IMG/VR virus record: IMGVR_UViG_3300025945_000001
Direction: 5' to 3' (one strand)
From: an uncultured virus (IMG/VR IMGVR_UViG_3300025945_000001)
Taxonomy: Duplodnaviria; Heunggongvirae; Uroviricota; Caudoviricetes
DNA: 35,811 bases
A program made the translations under genes and the position numbers. The notes below the pieces were generated by a model. It searched no databases, had not been told where the DNA came from, and worked only from the letters and a program-made list of their open reading frames with translations. Positions 9,421 through 18,071 of this stretch are shown piece after piece. Within the stretch, counting starts at the first letter, position 1, and the number at the start of each line of letters is the position of its first letter.

Positions 9421-10053
9421 ATGGTCAACATCACGGTCGAGGACCAGCGCACTCCCGTCGAGCCGGCGGAGCCCACGCTGGAGAACACCTACCCCCTCGG
9501 CGCGTTCGTCGCCTACAACGGCATCACGGCGGACGGGCAGCGGCGACGGGCCCTCGTCGTCGAGCACGGCGACGACGGCGAGTCGCTCGTCCTCCAGGAC
9601 GGCGTCGAGCGTGTCACCGTCACCGGCGACGCTGTCGAGGCGATCGTCGTCCTGGCGAAGTCCGCCGACGCGTTCGCGCAGCGCGTGACCGCCAAGGCAC
9701 TCGCCCTCGGTCGCGAGCACAACTGGTGCAGCGTCGCCGAGACGGCCGTCCGCGAGCTGAACAACAACCCGGCGACGCCCGAGGAGACGCGGACGGCGCT
9801 GCGTGTGGCGTTCGAACTCGACGCTGTGTTCGATCTGCTGCCCACCCGCGACATGACGCAGCTCGTGGCACGCGCCACGGACGAGGACCCGAGCGACGTT
9901 CTGCAACGGTTCCTGCAGCAGTCGTTCACGGTGTACTGGAACGACTTCATCAACAGCGGCTACTTCCGCATCCAAAACAACCCCGGCACCGACGCCAATG
10001 TGACGCTCACGATCGTCGACAAGCCCGAGGAGACCGGCACCACCGAGGCGTAG
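9421..10053 (+). CDS. Hypothetical protein
   Basis: 210 aa, SD AAGGAG, strong GC3 bias; contains EHNWCSVAETAVREL. Confidence 0.8.
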   Translation: MVNITVEDQRTPVEPAEPTLENTYPLGAFVAYNGITADGQRRRALVVEHGDDGESLVLQDGVERVTVTGDAVEAIVVLAKSADAFAQRVTAKALALGREHNWCSVAETAVRELNNNPATPEETRTALRVAFELDAVFDLLPTRDMTQLVARATDEDPSDVLQRFLQQSFTVYWNDFINSGYFRIQNNPGTDANVTLTIVDKPEETGTTEA

Positions 10054-10065
10054 CGCCCGCCTCCC

Positions 10066-10104
10066 GTCGAGTCCGGTCCGCTCGACTGCCGGGCCGGACT
10101 CGAC
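10066..10104 (+). terminator. Stem-loop, probable terminator
   Basis: GTCGAGTCCGGTCCG / CGGGCCGGACTCGAC, a 15-bp stem with one G:U pair just after the stop; no U-tract. Confidence 0.55.
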
Positions 10105-10174
10105 CGGTGAGCGCGCGTCCCTCACCCGTAACGTCGTAGCTACGCTAGGTTGGAGTGACGGAAAGGTAGGATGA

Positions 10175-10573
10175 ATGACCACGGAACGTGAACCCCGCGT
10201 CGGCGACGAGGTTGCGGTGCACCTCGCCGGTACGGTGATCGAGTACGACGGCGAGCTGCGGTACGCGCTCGGTCCGCAGGGCACGATCCACATGACGCCG
10301 GAGGAGGTCCGGGCGAACGCCGCTGACGTTGAAATCACGCTCGGCGTGGATCACCCGAGTCGCGACCCCGCGGGTACGGTGCGCGCCGGTCAAGCGGAGG
10401 GTGGCCACGTGTGGATCAAGACGAGTCACCTCTACTATGGCGATGAAAACACCGGAATCTGGTGGTGCCTCGTCACGGGTGAAGAGCGGCCCCGGAATGA
10501 CGTTGAGCTGTGGCCCGTCGTCGAGAACCCGAACATTCCCGAGCTGATTCAGCGGTTTGGGTCGCAGTCATGA
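10175..10573 (+). CDS. Hypothetical protein
   Basis: 132 aa; purine-rich SD; ATGA overlap with the next gene. Confidence 0.7.
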   Translation: MTTEREPRVGDEVAVHLAGTVIEYDGELRYALGPQGTIHMTPEEVRANAADVEITLGVDHPSRDPAGTVRAGQAEGGHVWIKTSHLYYGDENTGIWWCLVTGEERPRNDVELWPVVENPNIPELIQRFGSQS

Positions 10574-10968
10574 CCACCCTCGTCATCATCCTGACTAGCG
10601 TGTTCGGCTGGTTCACCGGCTGGTTCCTGACCGCGCGCTACCGCGTCGAGCAGTGGCGCAAGCGCGGTAACAAGATCCTCAAGGATTCTCTCTTGGAGAG
10701 TCGCAGCTTCAACGAGCCGAGTGATCGACCCTGGATCGCGTGGTACGCCCTCGTCACCTCGTTCTTCTGGCCGGTCGTCTGGCCGGCGCTCTTCATGAGC
10801 ACTCACCTCTTTCGTCGCATCGACAAGAGCGAGGAGGCGGCGGTCCAGGCCGAGCGGAAGCGCGAGGAAGAGATTTCGACCTGGCAAGCCGTGCTCAAGG
10901 ACTCCGACGCCTCCGACACCGAACGGCGCGTCGCGCGCGAGGTGCTCAGGGGACTGGGAGTGAAGTAG
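10570..10968 (+). CDS. Two-TM membrane protein
   Basis: ATG 10570 overlaps the upstream stop; two hydrophobic segments (including FFWPVVWP) then a charged tail. Confidence 0.7.
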   Translation: MTTLVIILTSVFGWFTGWFLTARYRVEQWRKRGNKILKDSLLESRSFNEPSDRPWIAWYALVTSFFWPVVWPALFMSTHLFRRIDKSEEAAVQAERKREEEISTWQAVLKDSDASDTERRVAREVLRGLGVK

Positions 10969-11345
10969 TGCAGACGCTCTATGAGATCATGTTTGCCCTC
11001 GCCGGCCAGGTTCGCAACCGCGACGACGCGGCACGACCCGTGGTCGTCGAGCACAACGGCGCGCTGGCCGAGGTGATCGCCGTGGACGTCGTCGTGGATC
11101 GCACGAACGGCGAGCGTTACGTGCGACTCGTGGCAGCCACGGCGCCGTTCACGGTGGACGACCTCGTCACCCTCGACGACTTCGAGGACGAGGTGGACGA
11201 GGCCGTCGCCACCGGTCGCGTCGAGCGCGACGACGGCACCCGGATCCCGCTCACGCAGGTGGAGGCCGAGTACGCCGACGAGTCGTACCGGTTGGAGCGC
11301 ACCGAGCGACGCCGCAACGAACTTAAGGAGGACTGGTTACCGTGA
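10968..11345 (+). CDS. Hypothetical protein
   Basis: GTG 10968 (TAGTG coupling, SD GGGAG); acidic protein. Confidence 0.65.
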   Translation: MQTLYEIMFALAGQVRNRDDAARPVVVEHNGALAEVIAVDVVVDRTNGERYVRLVAATAPFTVDDLVTLDDFEDEVDEAVATGRVERDDGTRIPLTQVEAEYADESYRLERTERRRNELKEDWLP

Positions 11346-11728
11346 GCAGCGAAGTGATTAAGAAGTTTAACGAGGCCGTGGACGAACTTCTTCAGTACGA
11401 GACGGGTGATCAACTCCGTGACCGGCTCATCGCCGACGGCATCACCGGCGTACCCGGCGAGTGCCACGCCTGCCCGGTAGCGGTGTGGCTGATCCGGCAG
11501 CTTCACGTTGAACCGCAACTCATTTCGGTGGACCAGGAAAGCTGTCAACTGTGGAGCCGGTACGACCGCGAGTGGTCACTGGAGCGCGAACGAACGACTC
11601 CCTGGTCCGTACGGCAGTTCATCAACACGTTCGACGGCCTGGCGTGCGACCTCGAGCCCAGCGACTACGTCGACAACGACAAGCTTCGCTCGTACCTACC
11701 CATCCTGAGGCGGGAGGTAACGGAGTGA
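11342..11728 (+). CDS. Hypothetical protein (G.PG.C..CPVA.WL motif)
   Basis: 128 aa; GTGA coupling; SD AGGAGG. Confidence 0.7.
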   Translation: MSSEVIKKFNEAVDELLQYETGDQLRDRLIADGITGVPGECHACPVAVWLIRQLHVEPQLISVDQESCQLWSRYDREWSLERERTTPWSVRQFINTFDGLACDLEPSDYVDNDKLRSYLPILRREVTE

Positions 11729-12165
11729 ACGACGTCTGGCACGCGCTCGCGGACGCGATCCGCGAGGGCGGCTTCATCAGCATCGTGATCTGCGCGCTAC
11801 TCCTGGGCGGTCTCGGCGGCGTTATCGAGCGTGTCTTCGGCGGTCGCGGCAAGGCGGCGGTCGCGAAGGCGCAGCTCAAGGCCGCGCAGCGCGAGAACGC
11901 GCGCTTGAACGACCTACTCAGGCACGTGAACGACGCTCACCGACTGGGTGTGACCGCGCAGCAAGGTGACGTCGGCAAGCTCGCCGCACAAGCTCACCGG
12001 GCGTTGACCGAGCGCGCCGAGCTGCTCAGCATCGTCGACCGCGTTCACGGAGCCGACCGGGCGTACCCGCAGCTACCGCAGGAACTACGCGACAACATCG
12101 ACGCGACGCTGCTTCGGCTGCGACGACCCGAGCTGACCGAGGTGGTGCCCGATGACGCTTCGTGA
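11725..12165 (+). CDS. Membrane-anchored coiled-coil protein
   Basis: GTG 11725 with SD GGAGG; one TM segment, then a coiled coil. Confidence 0.65.
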   Translation: MNDVWHALADAIREGGFISIVICALLLGGLGGVIERVFGGRGKAAVAKAQLKAAQRENARLNDLLRHVNDAHRLGVTAQQGDVGKLAAQAHRALTERAELLSIVDRVHGADRAYPQLPQELRDNIDATLLRLRRPELTEVVPDDAS

Positions 12166-12979
12166 CGCACTCGGCGACCGTATGAAGAAGCACTACGAGA
12201 ACCGCACGCGCTACTACTTACCTCGGCGCACCTACACGATCGTTCGGCTCGACGGTCGCGCGTTTCACACCTACACACGCGACCTAGCGAAGCCCTTCGA
12301 CGCCGGGTTGGTCACTACGTTGCGGGCCGTCGCCGAGGTTCTGTGCGCCGAGGTGAACGGCACCTGCCTCGCGTACCTCCAGTCGGACGAGATCAGCCTC
12401 GTGGTCACCGACTTCCGCTCGGCGCAGACCGAGGCGTGGTTCGATGGCAACGTCCAGAAGATCGCGAGCGTCACCGCGTCGCTCGCCGCAGCGCACTTCA
12501 ACCGGCTACGTCCAAACGAGCGCGTGGCCGCGTTCGACAGTCGCGTGTTCACGATCCCGGACCCGGTGGAGGTCGCGAACTACCTCATTTGGCGCCAGCG
12601 TGACTGGGTCCGCAACTCGATCCGCATGCTCGGTAGCGCGTACCTCACGTCCAGCGAGATGCACGGCCTCACCGGCAACGAGGTTCAGGACCGACTGTTC
12701 CGCGAGCACGGCGTCAACTGGAACGACACGCCGGCGCACCTCAAGCGTGGTTCGCTCGTGAAGCCGGTCCTCACCAGCGAAGATGTGACGTACGTGGATC
12801 GCACGACCGGCGAGGCACGCGTCATCCCGGACGTGACACGTCGCCGGTGGGAGGTCACGGCGGCGCCTCACTTCACGGTTGACAGTGACGTATTACGTGA
12901 TCTAGTTCCCAACCTTGGACCCGCGTCAACGTGGGCACCGCACGAGCAACTCCAAGAAGGACCGAAACCGAAGGAGTAA
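12152..12979 (+). CDS. thg1: tRNA(His) guanylyltransferase Thg1-like protein (3'-5' nucleotidyltransferase)
   Basis: IVRLDGRAFHTYT, KPFD, YLQSDEIS, WFDGNVQK, FDSRVF and YLIWRQRD..RNS are Thg1-family motifs; the catalytic Asp residues are present. Confidence 0.92.
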   Translation: MTLRDALGDRMKKHYENRTRYYLPRRTYTIVRLDGRAFHTYTRDLAKPFDAGLVTTLRAVAEVLCAEVNGTCLAYLQSDEISLVVTDFRSAQTEAWFDGNVQKIASVTASLAAAHFNRLRPNERVAAFDSRVFTIPDPVEVANYLIWRQRDWVRNSIRMLGSAYLTSSEMHGLTGNEVQDRLFREHGVNWNDTPAHLKRGSLVKPVLTSEDVTYVDRTTGEARVIPDVTRRRWEVTAAPHFTVDSDVLRDLVPNLGPASTWAPHEQLQEGPKPKE

Positions 12980-12981
12980 TC

Positions 12982-13500
12982 ATGAACGATCTCGCAATCA
13001 CCGACGATCCCGATGAGTTCACGTACCGCGACGAGGACGAGCCGATCCGGGACGAGGCCGTCGACCTGCTGCAGCGTGTCCTCGAGCTGATCACCGCGCA
13101 TCCCGAGGTTCACGACCAGACCGACTGGATCTACGTGGATCACGTTCCCGGCGATCAGATGGACTCCAACGGCACCCTGCAGGTGATGTTCGACCCACAG
13201 CGTCCGTCGGCGTGCGGCACCAAGGGTTGCCTAGCCGGCAACGCTGTGATCATGAGCAACCTGTTTCCCCTGCGACTGAGTTCCGACCCGTCCGACGACG
13301 AGCTGTACCTGGTGGAGTTCCGCCACCAGCGGCAGTGGCGAGTCATCGACTCCTACGTCCAGGGCCTCGCGGCGCGGCTCCTTCACCTCACCGAGGACGA
13401 GGCGGACGAGCTGTTCGAGGGAGGCAACAGCGTCGACGACCTCTGGCGCATCGCGTCGGAGATCACCCAGGGACGCGTACGTCGTCCCGAGACCGTCTAG
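12982..13500 (+). CDS. Hypothetical protein (HDQ..W...CGT..C.AG family)
   Basis: ATG 12982 with SD AAGGAG; the motif pattern recurs in actinophages. Confidence 0.75.
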   Translation: MNDLAITDDPDEFTYRDEDEPIRDEAVDLLQRVLELITAHPEVHDQTDWIYVDHVPGDQMDSNGTLQVMFDPQRPSACGTKGCLAGNAVIMSNLFPLRLSSDPSDDELYLVEFRHQRQWRVIDSYVQGLAARLLHLTEDEADELFEGGNSVDDLWRIASEITQGRVRRPETV

Positions 13501-13505
13501 TCATC

Positions 13506-13697
13506 ATGACCGACGGCGGCCCCGTGCGCGTGGCGTACGTTCGTGGTAGGTGCGATCACTGCGGTCGAGTCATTACACTGACCGTTGACGGGGTCGTCCG
13601 TCGACACAACTTTCGTGGGATACGAGGTCTACGCTGCCCCGGCTCGTGGGAAGCGCCCTCGGCCTCCGAGGAGCCTCGTGAACAGAGCACCCCGTAA
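13506..13697 (+). CDS. Small putative Zn-binding protein
   Basis: CDHCGR...G.VRRH...CPGS. Confidence 0.6.
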   Translation: MTDGGPVRVAYVRGRCDHCGRVITLTVDGVVRRHNFRGIRGLRCPGSWEAPSASEEPREQSTP

Positions 13698-14064
13698 CCC
13701 CGGCGTCGACGCGCTGCTCGACCAGACCGAGTGGTGGTTTGGCTCCGACAGCTTTCCATACCGAGTCACTCACATGGACACCGAACACATCCGCAACCTA
13801 CTCGCGTACCTACGTCGTCACGCGAATCAATACCTCACGCGTCGTCGCTACCTCGACCTGGACGCGTTCGGCGCCGAGGATCAGGAGGCGTTGCTGGCTC
13901 GCTGGTCACGCGAGCTGGACGGACGTAGCGCGCTGGACTGGTTGAACGAACGCCCGCTACTGCGGGCGCTGGAGGCGGAGCTGCGGCGTCGCGACTCGAT
14001 CGACGGCGAGGTCGTGCCGAACGAACCAACGCTACCTCGTACCCTCGGACCCAGCGTAGAGTGA
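13678..14064 (+). CDS. Hypothetical protein
   Basis: GTG 13678 with SD GAGGAG; MDTEHIRNLLAYL motif. Confidence 0.65.
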   Translation: MNRAPRNPGVDALLDQTEWWFGSDSFPYRVTHMDTEHIRNLLAYLRRHANQYLTRRRYLDLDAFGAEDQEALLARWSRELDGRSALDWLNERPLLRALEAELRRRDSIDGEVVPNEPTLPRTLGPSVE

Positions 14065-14077
14065 TCGAACGTACGTA

Positions 14078-14086
14078 TGATATAAT
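14078..14086 (+). promoter_or_regulatory. Extended -10 promoter (TGATATAAT)
   Basis: TG-n-TATAAT in an intergenic gap about 50 nt before a gene with SD AAGGAG; -35 poor. Confidence 0.65.
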
Positions 14087-14134
14087 TCAGTCGTACGCGA
14101 TCGTTCGATCCCCCGGAGCAAAGGAGAACCTAAC

Positions 14135-14443
14135 GTGACGTCAACCACCGGCGACAACCCGGACCCGAAGTCGCAGCTCGTCGAGGTGCCCCTCGGTCTC
14201 GTCATTCGCGCCGCGGCGCGCTCCGGCGACGTCGAACTGACGGACTACCTCTTCGCCCACTACAACGCCGTGATACTGCAACTCGAGCAGGACGTCGCCG
14301 AGCGCCGCGAGAGCAAGCTCGGCCGGCTGCTCGACATCGAGCGCGGACCGCGCGGCGCCCACGACGAAACTAGCCAGGTGTTCGCCGACGTCGTCAACCG
14401 TCAGATCACCAACGTGAAGCGACTCGCGAGGGAGCTCTTCTAG
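14135..14443 (+). CDS. Hypothetical protein
   Basis: 102 aa; SD AAGGAG. Confidence 0.7.
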   Translation: MTSTTGDNPDPKSQLVEVPLGLVIRAAARSGDVELTDYLFAHYNAVILQLEQDVAERRESKLGRLLDIERGPRGAHDETSQVFADVVNRQITNVKRLARELF

Positions 14444-14444
14444 G

Positions 14445-14909
14445 ATGACGTCACCCGTGCCCACATCGGTGTCGAATTTACGTGATTACATCTTCGAACT
14501 GTTCGTCGCGGCCAACCGACCCACGTTGCGCAGCATCGCGCAGCGCACCGCGCTGAGTCACACGACCGTGGCCGACGTCATTCACAGTCGTCGACGAGCC
14601 ACGTGGGCCACGGTGTCAGCGCTGGTTGAGTACTTCGGAGGTGACATGGAACGCGCCCGACAGCTCTGGGACGACCAGTACACCAACGTACCCGAGCTCG
14701 ACTCACTCGTCGTCACCGGACGCTCGAGCGTACTCGCGACGCTTAAAGAGATCCGCAACCTACTGAGAGACATCCGCGATCGACTACCGGAACCACCGAC
14801 CGCGAGGAGTGATGAACGTGATCCTGCTGAGCACGCTGCTGATCCTAGCCCCGCTCCTACTGGCGCTGCTGGTGGGGGAGAGCCGACGGACGCGCACGCA
14901 ACTACGTAA
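14445..14909 (+). CDS. XRE-like helix-turn-helix DNA-binding protein
   Basis: PTLRSIAQRTALSHTTVADVI....ATWATVSALV, an actinomycete XRE-type HTH pattern. Confidence 0.7.
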   Translation: MTSPVPTSVSNLRDYIFELFVAANRPTLRSIAQRTALSHTTVADVIHSRRRATWATVSALVEYFGGDMERARQLWDDQYTNVPELDSLVVTGRSSVLATLKEIRNLLRDIRDRLPEPPTARSDERDPAEHAADPSPAPTGAAGGGEPTDAHATT

Positions 14910-14931
14910 CCTCGAGCGACTGACGTCGTGA
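14812..14931 (+). CDS. Small single-TM protein overlapping the HTH gene tail
   Basis: Hand-translated MNVILLSTLLILAPLLLALLVGESRRTRTQLRNLERLTS*. Preceded by GAGGAG; ends in a GTGA overlap with the next gene. Confidence 0.5.
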   Translation: MNVILLSTLLILAPLLLALLVGESRRTRTQLRNLERLTS

Positions 14932-15245
14932 ACGAGTGGGAGAACGAGCACGCCGATCGACCCACGCCGCAGCGTGGCCGCAAGAACAGGCGTCGGTGGT
15001 GCAAGGGTAAGGTCGGCGTCGAGCACGTACCCGCGGTGCGCGTCTCCAAGTGGGGCACGCACGCGTCGCAGTTTTGGCCCGATCGAAAGCCGTGCTTTCG
15101 CGCCGACTGGTACCCGAACCGCTGGTTCTGTCACCACGAGGTGTACTGCACGACGTGCGGCAAGATCACACGAACCACGCTCGACGTCGCGTGTCCCGAC
15201 TACACCAACGAGGTCACTCGCTTTAAGATCTGGAGGAAACCGTGA
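14928..15245 (+). CDS. Cys/His-rich basic hypothetical protein
   Basis: RRWCKGKVGVEH...C.H...CTTCGK. Confidence 0.65.
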   Translation: MNEWENEHADRPTPQRGRKNRRRWCKGKVGVEHVPAVRVSKWGTHASQFWPDRKPCFRADWYPNRWFCHHEVYCTTCGKITRTTLDVACPDYTNEVTRFKIWRKP

Positions 15246-15451
15246 CGAGCAACCGCGCCGCGAAGCGCCACGCGAACGCGCCGGATCTTCATCTTTACGG
15301 CTACTGGCCCAACAAGATCCGCAAGTGGCGACGCGACCTCACGCGTCCGTTCACGCTCGACGAGTGGGCGTTCGAGCGTCCGGTACCCGGTCGGCTGCTC
15401 GCCCTCAGCAAGGTGGGGCGTCGCGCTCGCTACGGGCGGAGGACGAGGTGA
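15242..15451 (+). CDS. Small basic hypothetical protein
   Basis: SD GGAGG; GTGA coupling at both ends. Confidence 0.6.
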   Translation: MTSNRAAKRHANAPDLHLYGYWPNKIRKWRRDLTRPFTLDEWAFERPVPGRLLALSKVGRRARYGRRTR

Positions 15452-15900
15452 TCAGTGAGTTTCGCGACGAGTACTACTTCCTCAACGACTTCTACCCCGC
15501 GCCGCTCACGCTGCCGGACGGTCGAGTTGCTCCCACGCTGGGACACGCGTTTCAGGCCTACAAGTGCGTGCTCGACGAGGACTACCTGCGGGTACTCGCC
15601 GCGCCGAGTCCCCGCGTCGCCAAGGAGCTCGGGCAGCAGGTCAGGTGTCGAGACGACTGGGCGGCCGCCAAGCTGGGGGTCATGCGTCGCCTCCTAGCGC
15701 TCAAGTTCGCGACCGGCACCCCGCTCGCCCTCGCGCTCATCAACACCGGCACGGTGCTCCTCCGTAATGGCAACACCTGGGGTGGTCGGTTCTGGGGAGT
15801 GTGCGACGGCCGGGGTGAGAACTGGCTCGGCCACCTGCTGATGGCCCGGCGCGCCGAGCTGCTCGGCGAGTGGGTCGACGCGCAGGAGCTGGTGGAGTGA
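15448..15900 (+). CDS. NADAR (YbiA-like) family protein, apparently degenerate
   Basis: GTG 15448 with SD GGAGG; FL.DFY, HAFQA.K, P..AK.LG, DW...K..VM...L..KF and GNTWG..FWGVC.G.GEN.LG.LLM. Confidence 0.85.
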   Translation: MISEFRDEYYFLNDFYPAPLTLPDGRVAPTLGHAFQAYKCVLDEDYLRVLAAPSPRVAKELGQQVRCRDDWAAAKLGVMRRLLALKFATGTPLALALINTGTVLLRNGNTWGGRFWGVCDGRGENWLGHLLMARRAELLGEWVDAQELVE

Positions 15901-16283
15901 CAGAGCATGACACCGTTGAGCGACTGCTACGCACGATGCGAGACCTCGTCACACGAACGCGTGAGTATCGCGAGACTGATGAGCTAGCGCGGTTGGCCGA
16001 CGAGTGGTCACTTACGTTCGTTCTGTTCGACCAGGCGTTACGTAACCAACGTGAGGTGCGTATGGACGTGCACATTCCCGCGCAAATCGGCCGCTACGAC
16101 CGTGACAGCTACCGCACGTACCAGACACCCGGTGACGTCTGCATTGGCTGCTCCAGTCCCGACGCCGGGATCTGGGTGCCGGTCAACGAGTGTGTGATCG
16201 CGTGGGAACGGTTCACGGAGGAGACCGAGTGGATCGAGAGCAACGGGCCTAGGCCCACCTGGTTACCGGAGGTGTCCGAGTGA
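15897..16283 (+). CDS. Hypothetical protein
   Basis: GTG 15897 coupled to the NADAR stop; C..CS....G.WVPV..C motif. Confidence 0.6.
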   Translation: MTEHDTVERLLRTMRDLVTRTREYRETDELARLADEWSLTFVLFDQALRNQREVRMDVHIPAQIGRYDRDSYRTYQTPGDVCIGCSSPDAGIWVPVNECVIAWERFTEETEWIESNGPRPTWLPEVSE

Positions 16284-17182
16284 GTCGCCTGTACTGGCAC
16301 ACCCGAACGTGGGCCGCCGAGCTGCAGGGCAGCGAGTACGCCTGGCTGCGACACCTAGCGCAGCTCCAGGCCCGCGCCGCGTGGCAGCTCAGCGACATCC
16401 TCACGTTCGAGGAAGACCGCGTGGTGAAGCTGCTCGGTTGGATCGGCGACGACGAGCGCAACTACGTTCACACCCGGTTCGACGAGTACCTCGTCGCGTC
16501 GAAGAGCGAGACGCCCGGCGCCGGGCGAGTCACGAGTCAGCTCTGGCGCCGACTCATCGACGACCTCGTCACATACCTCGGTGTGACGGGCTACTGGCTG
16601 ACGATCGACGGCCACCGGGTTCACACGCACGACGTCGGCTACAACGCCGCCCTCGCGTGTGGCTCGCGACCGATCCAGCTCGCCGCCAAGCTGGCCGGCT
16701 ACGGCGAGGTGCACTGCTACGTCGAGGCCCGCAACTTCGGCTGGCTCGCCGACGTCATCCAGGAGGGTTTGGACAAGGCGCTGTACCGCGCGACGCTGCC
16801 GTACCGAGGCGCCGACAACGTCGTCATCGACGTCCTACCGCAGGGCTGGGAGCAGGTTCTCGAACTACTGAACCACCCCGACGACAGCCCAGCCGTGCTG
16901 TCGTACTCCGTCACGGACAGCTTTCCGAACCCTGAGGTCGCGGACTTCGACGCCGACGACGACGACGTCGACGTCGAGTCAAACCTCGATAGGTGGTACC
17001 GACTGTCGAGCGAGGAACGGTGGAACCTCGGCGTCGCCGGGCTGCGGCGACGACCCTGGCTCGAGCTGAGCCCGACGACGCTCGACGGCTCCTACTTCGG
17101 TCCAGCGGTGACGCCGTTCGACCTCTGGGCACCGGACGCCGAGAAGCGCGTCCGCCGAGCGTGCGAGGCACACAGTGAGTGA
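16280..17182 (+). CDS. Hypothetical protein
   Basis: 300 aa; SD GGAGG; GC3 bias; VLSYSVTDSFPN motif. Confidence 0.8.
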   Translation: MSRLYWHTRTWAAELQGSEYAWLRHLAQLQARAAWQLSDILTFEEDRVVKLLGWIGDDERNYVHTRFDEYLVASKSETPGAGRVTSQLWRRLIDDLVTYLGVTGYWLTIDGHRVHTHDVGYNAALACGSRPIQLAAKLAGYGEVHCYVEARNFGWLADVIQEGLDKALYRATLPYRGADNVVIDVLPQGWEQVLELLNHPDDSPAVLSYSVTDSFPNPEVADFDADDDDVDVESNLDRWYRLSSEERWNLGVAGLRRRPWLELSPTTLDGSYFGPAVTPFDLWAPDAEKRVRRACEAHSE

Positions 17183-17378
17183 CGAGTACCGGATCACCTT
17201 GGAGTTCACCGACCCCGAGGTCGCGTTGGAGTGGCTGCGGAGGGCGCACTGCGACGGCGACCGCGTCCGACTCGGTCGTCGCGTCCGCACCAACCTACCG
17301 ATGACGGCGCGCGTCGTCGGCGGCTTCGACGGTGCGCGGGTCGAACTTGAGGATGAACTACGAAGGCGTAACCTGTGA
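17175..17378 (+). CDS. Small hypothetical protein
   Basis: Overlaps the flanking genes in operon fashion. Confidence 0.55.
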   Translation: MSDEYRITLEFTDPEVALEWLRRAHCDGDRVRLGRRVRTNLPMTARVVGGFDGARVELEDELRRRNL

Positions 17379-17719
17379 TGAACGACGACGTTGCCCTGAC
17401 CTACTACGTCTCGATGGAGTGTCACAACTGCGACGAGGAGATCTACTACGGTCTGTGCGTCACGTTCGACACGCATCGCGACCAACCGGTCATCGCGTAC
17501 GACGTGGCCGCGCAGACCGTGTTTGACTGCCCACGCTGCGACGCGCGCAACTACACCGGTGACCTCGACGTGGAGGTCGACGGCGGAATCGACCCCGCCG
17601 CGTTGAGCGACGACAACGAGGAGGATGACGATGAACGCAACGACCGTGAAGAAGACCCTGCGAACGGCGGTTCTGGTGGCGGGAGTGCTACTCACACTTC
17701 GCACCCTGACGGCGTGTAG
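17378..17719 (+). CDS. Zn-ribbon-like acidic protein
   Basis: CHNC...CPRC; TGATG coupling. Confidence 0.6.
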   Translation: MNDDVALTYYVSMECHNCDEEIYYGLCVTFDTHRDQPVIAYDVAAQTVFDCPRCDARNYTGDLDVEVDGGIDPAALSDDNEEDDDERNDREEDPANGGSGGGSATHTSHPDGV

Positions 17720-17810
17720 GGATCAACCCAGCTCGCCGTACACGCCCCCGCAACCACCCCACCAGCTCGCACCCGAGGCCGGCGTCGGTCCCACCGAGTC
17801 GAACACGTGA
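17631..17810 (+). CDS. Small putative lipoprotein
   Basis: Basic N-terminus, hydrophobic stretch, LTAC lipobox-like motif and Pro-rich tail; SD GAGGAGG; GTGA coupling to the next ORF. Confidence 0.5.
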   Translation: MNATTVKKTLRTAVLVAGVLLTLRTLTACRDQPSSPYTPPQPPHQLAPEAGVGPTESNT

Positions 17811-17968
17811 CGTATCAGCCACCGCCCAACATCTCGGCGGCGCAGCTCGAACACGAGCGACGCCAGCGCGCCGAGTCCGGGCACGACCTCTCGTCGTGCG
17901 TGTGCTGCTGCGTCACCTGCGACCCCGACTACGCGCCGAGCGACGAGACTCGTGATACTCCGAGTTAG
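17807..17968 (+). CDS. Cys-cluster micro-protein (53 aa)
   Basis: Hand-translated ...EHERRQRAESGHDLSSCVCCCVTCDPDY...; GTGA coupling. Confidence 0.55.
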   Translation: MTYQPPPNISAAQLEHERRQRAESGHDLSSCVCCCVTCDPDYAPSDETRDTPS

Positions 17969-18071
17969 CGCGCCGACGCGTCGAGCGACGACGCTTTTCG
18001 GAAACCCACGCCGAGCCGCCCCCGCGTTGGCAGTAGGGTCGGACGTCGACGCTCGAAACCAGGAGGTAACG

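Noticed and set aside
14974..15447. N-terminal extension making a 308-aa NADAR fusion
   Set aside because: Overlaps two better-supported ORFs; an SD-coupled GTG at 15448 gives a normal-length NADAR.
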